Assembly (NCBI GenBank): GCA_947652735.1
Contig: CANTEG010000015.1
Span: forward strand, 2,165 to 66,164
Source of the DNA: an uncultured Lachnospiraceae bacterium
Lineage (GTDB): Bacteria; Bacillota; Clostridia; Lachnospirales; Lachnospiraceae
Length of the DNA stretch: 64,000 nucleotides
Direction of reading: 5' to 3'
This document shows positions 60,380 to 64,000 of this stretch, piece after piece. The notes beneath the pieces were generated by a model. The model saw only the letters and a list, made by a program, of their open reading frames with translations, was not told the DNA's origin and did not search any database. The translations under genes were made by a program, and so were the position numbers. Each line of letters opens with the position of its first letter. Positions within the stretch are counted from its first letter, which is position 1.

Positions 60380-61435
60380 ATGAAGAAAAAACTGAATTGT
60401 CTGATGCTGGCACTATTCATGATTGCCTGCTGCATGACTGGCTGTTCACCGAAGGATGCTTCCACTCATAAACAGGGCATAACCATGAAAACCCTGTCGG
60501 TACATGAACTTCCCTTTGTAGACAACGAATCCATAAAAAAAGGAAACAAAACGGGAGAAAAAATTGAGATAGATATGTCACAGGTTTTTCCTGATGAAGA
60601 TTACAGACCCGGTTATTCAAGGGGAATGGTATCAGACTATATTTTACATGACGGCTATATGTATTACCTCGTGTATTACCGGGCGGAGGAAGCAGCAGAA
60701 TTTGTATGGCCTAATCAGATGGTGGTTTTCAGACAGGATATTGAAAACGGAACAATGGAATATATGTTCCATCATATATATGACAGTTCTTTTATGACCT
60801 TAACAGGTATCCAATATAATGAAAATCTTGAATGGTTCAGGCAGGACAGCAGTGAAATTATATACCATGATACCTTAAAGGATGGTGAAATCATTACAAG
60901 GGTTCCAAGTATTGAGGAGGCATATTTTATAGATGAGAACCCTGATACCAGCTGGCAAAACGGTATAAAAGAAGAACTATTAACGGGAGATATTTACCTT
61001 ACGCTTGATTCAGATAAATATATTATATGGGACCAGTTTGAAAATCACGAAAATTATTATGAAAAATCTTACATAAACATATACAATAAGACAAGCGGGG
61101 AATATAACCAGATAGACAAAGAAGAGTATGGCGGTTATTTTCCACATGCACCAGTTGCATATGGAAATATCCTTGTATTTATTTGTGGTGATGATATTAA
61201 ATCTTATACAGATGAAAATGATTCTTTCGCCAGTGTATATTATGTTGAGCTTGATACAATGGAAAGCCGTTTATTGGTAAAGGGCAATGGGAATATGAAT
61301 AATATGGAAAGCACGTTCTTTGCGCCAATCAAACAAAATGATGGATATATATACTTTGAATCACTGGTAAATCCTTATGAAACCATTCCTCTTGGTGCCC
61401 AGCCATATGATACAATGTATATTATAAGTCAATAA
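60380..61435 (+). CDS. Hypothetical lipoprotein
   Basis: Lipobox MTGC; acidic and aromatic beta-rich body; coupled to the peptidase (AAGGAG RBS). Confidence 0.75.
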   Translation: MKKKLNCLMLALFMIACCMTGCSPKDASTHKQGITMKTLSVHELPFVDNESIKKGNKTGEKIEIDMSQVFPDEDYRPGYSRGMVSDYILHDGYMYYLVYYRAEEAAEFVWPNQMVVFRQDIENGTMEYMFHHIYDSSFMTLTGIQYNENLEWFRQDSSEIIYHDTLKDGEIITRVPSIEEAYFIDENPDTSWQNGIKEELLTGDIYLTLDSDKYIIWDQFENHENYYEKSYINIYNKTSGEYNQIDKEEYGGYFPHAPVAYGNILVFICGDDIKSYTDENDSFASVYYVELDTMESRLLVKGNGNMNNMESTFFAPIKQNDGYIYFESLVNPYETIPLGAQPYDTMYIISQ

Positions 61436-61516
61436 ACTACTGTAATAAATGCCTCGTTACAAAAAGCCAGATACGCAAAAAAATGCGTGGTTTTACAAAA
61501 AGGGTAAAAGAATGCA

Positions 61517-61561
61517 GGCTGTCACACATAGGCAGAAGCCTTACTGTGACAGCCATTTTTT
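61517..61561 (+). terminator. Terminator of the peptidase-lipoprotein operon
   Basis: GGCTGTCAC...GTGACAGCC followed by a T-tract. Confidence 0.7.
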
Positions 61562-61692
61562 CCTTGATTATTTCATTAGTAATATTTTAATAGTTTCTCT
61601 AATTTTTAATCATTCAAAATAGGCTTACCTCCAGCCTTACAGGATTGCAACAAAATAAGCTGCATACCCGATTAGCAGCAGTGCGCCATGTC

Positions 61693-61835
61693 CTGCATTC
61701 GTTATTGGAAATATTGGGCATATATTCACGCTGTTACCCGCATTATGTATAAATCAAACTCCAAAATGCATTTCATGTACGTTTTTTTACCTCTTATGCA
61801 CAAATTAAAAATTTGGAGATTAAAAAAAGTATAAT
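61693..61835 (+). repeat. Duplicated promoter block, copy 2, with LytTR-type direct repeat
   Basis: GCATTTCAT(61768)-N12-ACCTCTTAT-N32-TATAAT(61830). Confidence 0.85.
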
Positions 61836-62028
61836 TAATATATGGGATGTAATGCGGCAATATAAAAAATTGAGGAGGTAAAAATTTTTCATGTGTATTG
61901 TCCATTCAAGCCTTTTAAAATGAAAGGAGGCAGTTAAAATAAAGCGATAAAATTATACCCTTGTATAAATTTATCACTTTATTTGAAGCACGTTGAGATT
62001 AAAACAAAAATGTTAGGAGGAAAATACA

Positions 62029-62418
62029 ATGAAATATGGAAAATATGTTATGGCATTGACTTTTTTATGTGTTCTGTTTTTTTATTCATCGAAAAGTGCA
62101 TTGGCATCAGCAAGTAAACCCTATGGAAACTATAGTACAACTATTTCCGGTGGAATTGTGGCAACTTCGACTATAACAAAATGCAGTTGTAATCCAGTAA
62201 ATAATTATTTGATGGCATCTATACAGATTCAATATAAAGCAGGTGGAAATTATTATTGGTCGCCATCTTCGACAACATATAATTACAGCGATGGTTATAA
62301 CACGGAAAGCAAAACAAAAAGTATAACACATACCGGTATTACATATGCAAAAGGCTGGTTTAAAGCAAGATGTGGCTCGGGCAGTGTAAAAGAGTATTAT
62401 GACACGGCTACAAATTGA
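62029..62418 (+). CDS. Small Sec-secreted Cys-containing protein (lactococcin-972-like architecture)
   Basis: AGGAGG RBS; signal peptide ending ALA; about 100-aa S/T/Y/G-rich mature part; followed by a stem-loop and permeases. Confidence 0.7.
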   Translation: MKYGKYVMALTFLCVLFFYSSKSALASASKPYGNYSTTISGGIVATSTITKCSCNPVNNYLMASIQIQYKAGGNYYWSPSSTTYNYSDGYNTESKTKSITHTGITYAKGWFKARCGSGSVKEYYDTATN

Positions 62419-62490
62419 TGTTTTGTGAAAGAAAGGGTATTATAGATTAGGGTAGTCCCCTAGTTTATGATATTACTAGGGGGTAAACTT

Positions 62491-63606
62491 ATGATTGCAT
62501 TCCATTTATTAAAAAAACATATACAAATGCATAAATCAGTATCGGCATTGCTTTTTTGTGGTATTGTAGTATGCATATACTGCATAAGCGTAATGCTTGG
62601 GATTGCAGTTGGACAATATAATATGATTGCAAGTTCAAATGATTATGCTTCGATTACATTTGATATTGGTGAGGGTACTTCAAAAAAAATGGATGAAGTG
62701 TCAGAATATATTAATAATATTTCAAACAACGGTGTCATAAATGTTATTTATTTAAGCAGAATTTCGGACAATTTGATTGTTGCAGGGTGGGATGGAACAA
62801 AGGGGCAAAATTGGTTTCCCTTAACCACAGGCAGATTTTTCAATGAGGAGGAAATGTCCGACGGCAAAAAATCGGCATTTGTTTCAGACAATATTGGAAA
62901 TGAGATTTTGTCAAATAAAACTGTTGAAATTAGACAGACTTCTTATAATATTATTGGAAGTGCATGGATTGTTCCATGGAATTTTTTTACAGCTATGTCT
63001 TCAAATTCAATTGTTCATGTAATAAGGGAGGATGATACGGAATTTAATCTTTCCTTTATCATTATTCCATTTAAATGTTATAAAGAGGAATTTGTACCAC
63101 AGCAAATATTAATACAATTTAATTCTGCATCTTATACCGAATTAAAAAAATACGCAGATGAGATAGAAAGCAGATATGGGGATTCAAAAGCATATCCGCC
63201 TGATAAAAACTCTGATGGCATATTATATGAAAATAAAATAAGATATGGAAAAATGGCAGTGATTTTATGCTTTATCGCAGGATTGACGGTAATGAGGCTT
63301 ATGGCTGAATGGATAAGGCTTTATCAAAAGGAAATGTATGTGTTGAGACTTTGCGGTATGACAGGGCTGCGATGCACATCCATTATATATGGGCATTTAT
63401 TGTTGTATTTTATTTTAGGCGGTTGTATTGCGATATTTATACATTATCGTACATTTTTCCTGCTTAAACCAATCTATGGAAATTGCTTTCCTATAATGGA
63501 TGCATTAATAAAAATACTTACAATTATGTTTGTGCTGTCTGTTATTTGTACGGTTCCAGTGACAAGAAGGATAGTTGTTATGGGAAAAGAGGTGGCAGGT
63601 ACATGA
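62491..63606 (+). CDS. ABC transporter permease (FtsX/MacB-like)
   Basis: N-terminal TM, GRFFNEEE periplasmic-core motif, QKEMYVLRLCG, three C-terminal TMs. Confidence 0.8.
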   Translation: MIAFHLLKKHIQMHKSVSALLFCGIVVCIYCISVMLGIAVGQYNMIASSNDYASITFDIGEGTSKKMDEVSEYINNISNNGVINVIYLSRISDNLIVAGWDGTKGQNWFPLTTGRFFNEEEMSDGKKSAFVSDNIGNEILSNKTVEIRQTSYNIIGSAWIVPWNFFTAMSSNSIVHVIREDDTEFNLSFIIIPFKCYKEEFVPQQILIQFNSASYTELKKYADEIESRYGDSKAYPPDKNSDGILYENKIRYGKMAVILCFIAGLTVMRLMAEWIRLYQKEMYVLRLCGMTGLRCTSIIYGHLLLYFILGGCIAIFIHYRTFFLLKPIYGNCFPIMDALIKILTIMFVLSVICTVPVTRRIVVMGKEVAGT

Positions 63607-64000
63607 ATTTTTTAAGGATATGCAAAAATCTTTATTCAAAATATTTTCTTAGCGAAGTGATTTTGTTATTTCAGCTTGTATGTATGATAGGGTTTTCCTT
63701 TGCGGTACTAAATCCAATCGATGCATTTATACAGAAAAAAAATGCACTAAATCATGTGTATAAACTTGATATAGATGATGCCATTCATTTTAGTAAAAGC
63801 AATGCGGTTTATGAACAGGAAAAGCATGATGATTTTTCTTCATCTGATAAAATATACAACAAAATATGTGAAACGGAAGGGGTAGACAATGTACTTCGGT
63901 TTCGGCTTGCCAATGGTATATACGAAACCGAAACGATAGACCCCAATACAAATGAAGCAAAATTGGAAAGTGCAAATTTGTTTATATATTCAGAAGAAAC
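63603..64000 (+). CDS. Second ABC permease, truncated by the window end
   Basis: Not in the ORF track. ATGA overlap with the previous stop; MNFLRICKNLYSKYFLSEVILLFQLVCMIGFSFAVLNP... open to base 64000. Confidence 0.7.
   Translation, partial: MNFLRICKNLYSKYFLSEVILLFQLVCMIGFSFAVLNPIDAFIQKKNALNHVYKLDIDDAIHFSKSNAVYEQEKHDDFSSSDKIYNKICETEGVDNVLRFRLANGIYETETIDPNTNEAKLESANLFIYSEE

Noticed and set aside
120-63975. The many antisense or overlapping ORF-track entries of 60-190 aa inside recognised genes
   Set aside because: Shadow frames of well-supported CDSs, with no RBS or motifs.

Overview
Bacterial chromosomal window from a low-GC, spore-forming, probably motile Firmicute. The gene content (gerA/gerB, spoIIR, sipL, pdaA, MCPs, large SRP RNA) looks Lachnospiraceae-like; that assignment is inference. 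The backbone is housekeeping and sporulation genes: rlmD, rdgB, pgi, murG, ffs, tadA, rsmA, malQ, murI, ddl, ispE, rsmG. Accessory patches include a decayed IS21, a marR-MATE pair with a shared palindromic operator, a LytTR/DUF3021 pair, three ABC-exporter or secreted-protein cassettes and two further LytTR regulators. Several elements are missing from the ORF track. (1) A ~140-bp duplicated promoter with an identical 9-12-9-32-TATAAT LytTR-box architecture precedes both a secreted papain-fold peptidase + lipoprotein operon and a secreted Cys-containing protein + permease operon, next to a divergent LytTR/GHKL pair with no visible agrBD. (2) A complete type I toxin-antitoxin-like locus encodes a 28-aa peptide. 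(3) Four dispersed copies of a ~110-nt multi-hairpin repeat show covarying stems. (4) A 152-nt rod-shaped RNA is a 6S candidate. (5) A structured leader or uORF precedes a TSCPD gene. (6) A 54-aa Asn/Gln-rich peptide sits behind a sigG-like promoter. No CRISPR array, rRNA or tRNA was seen. All family calls are from motif recognition by eye; no searches were run.
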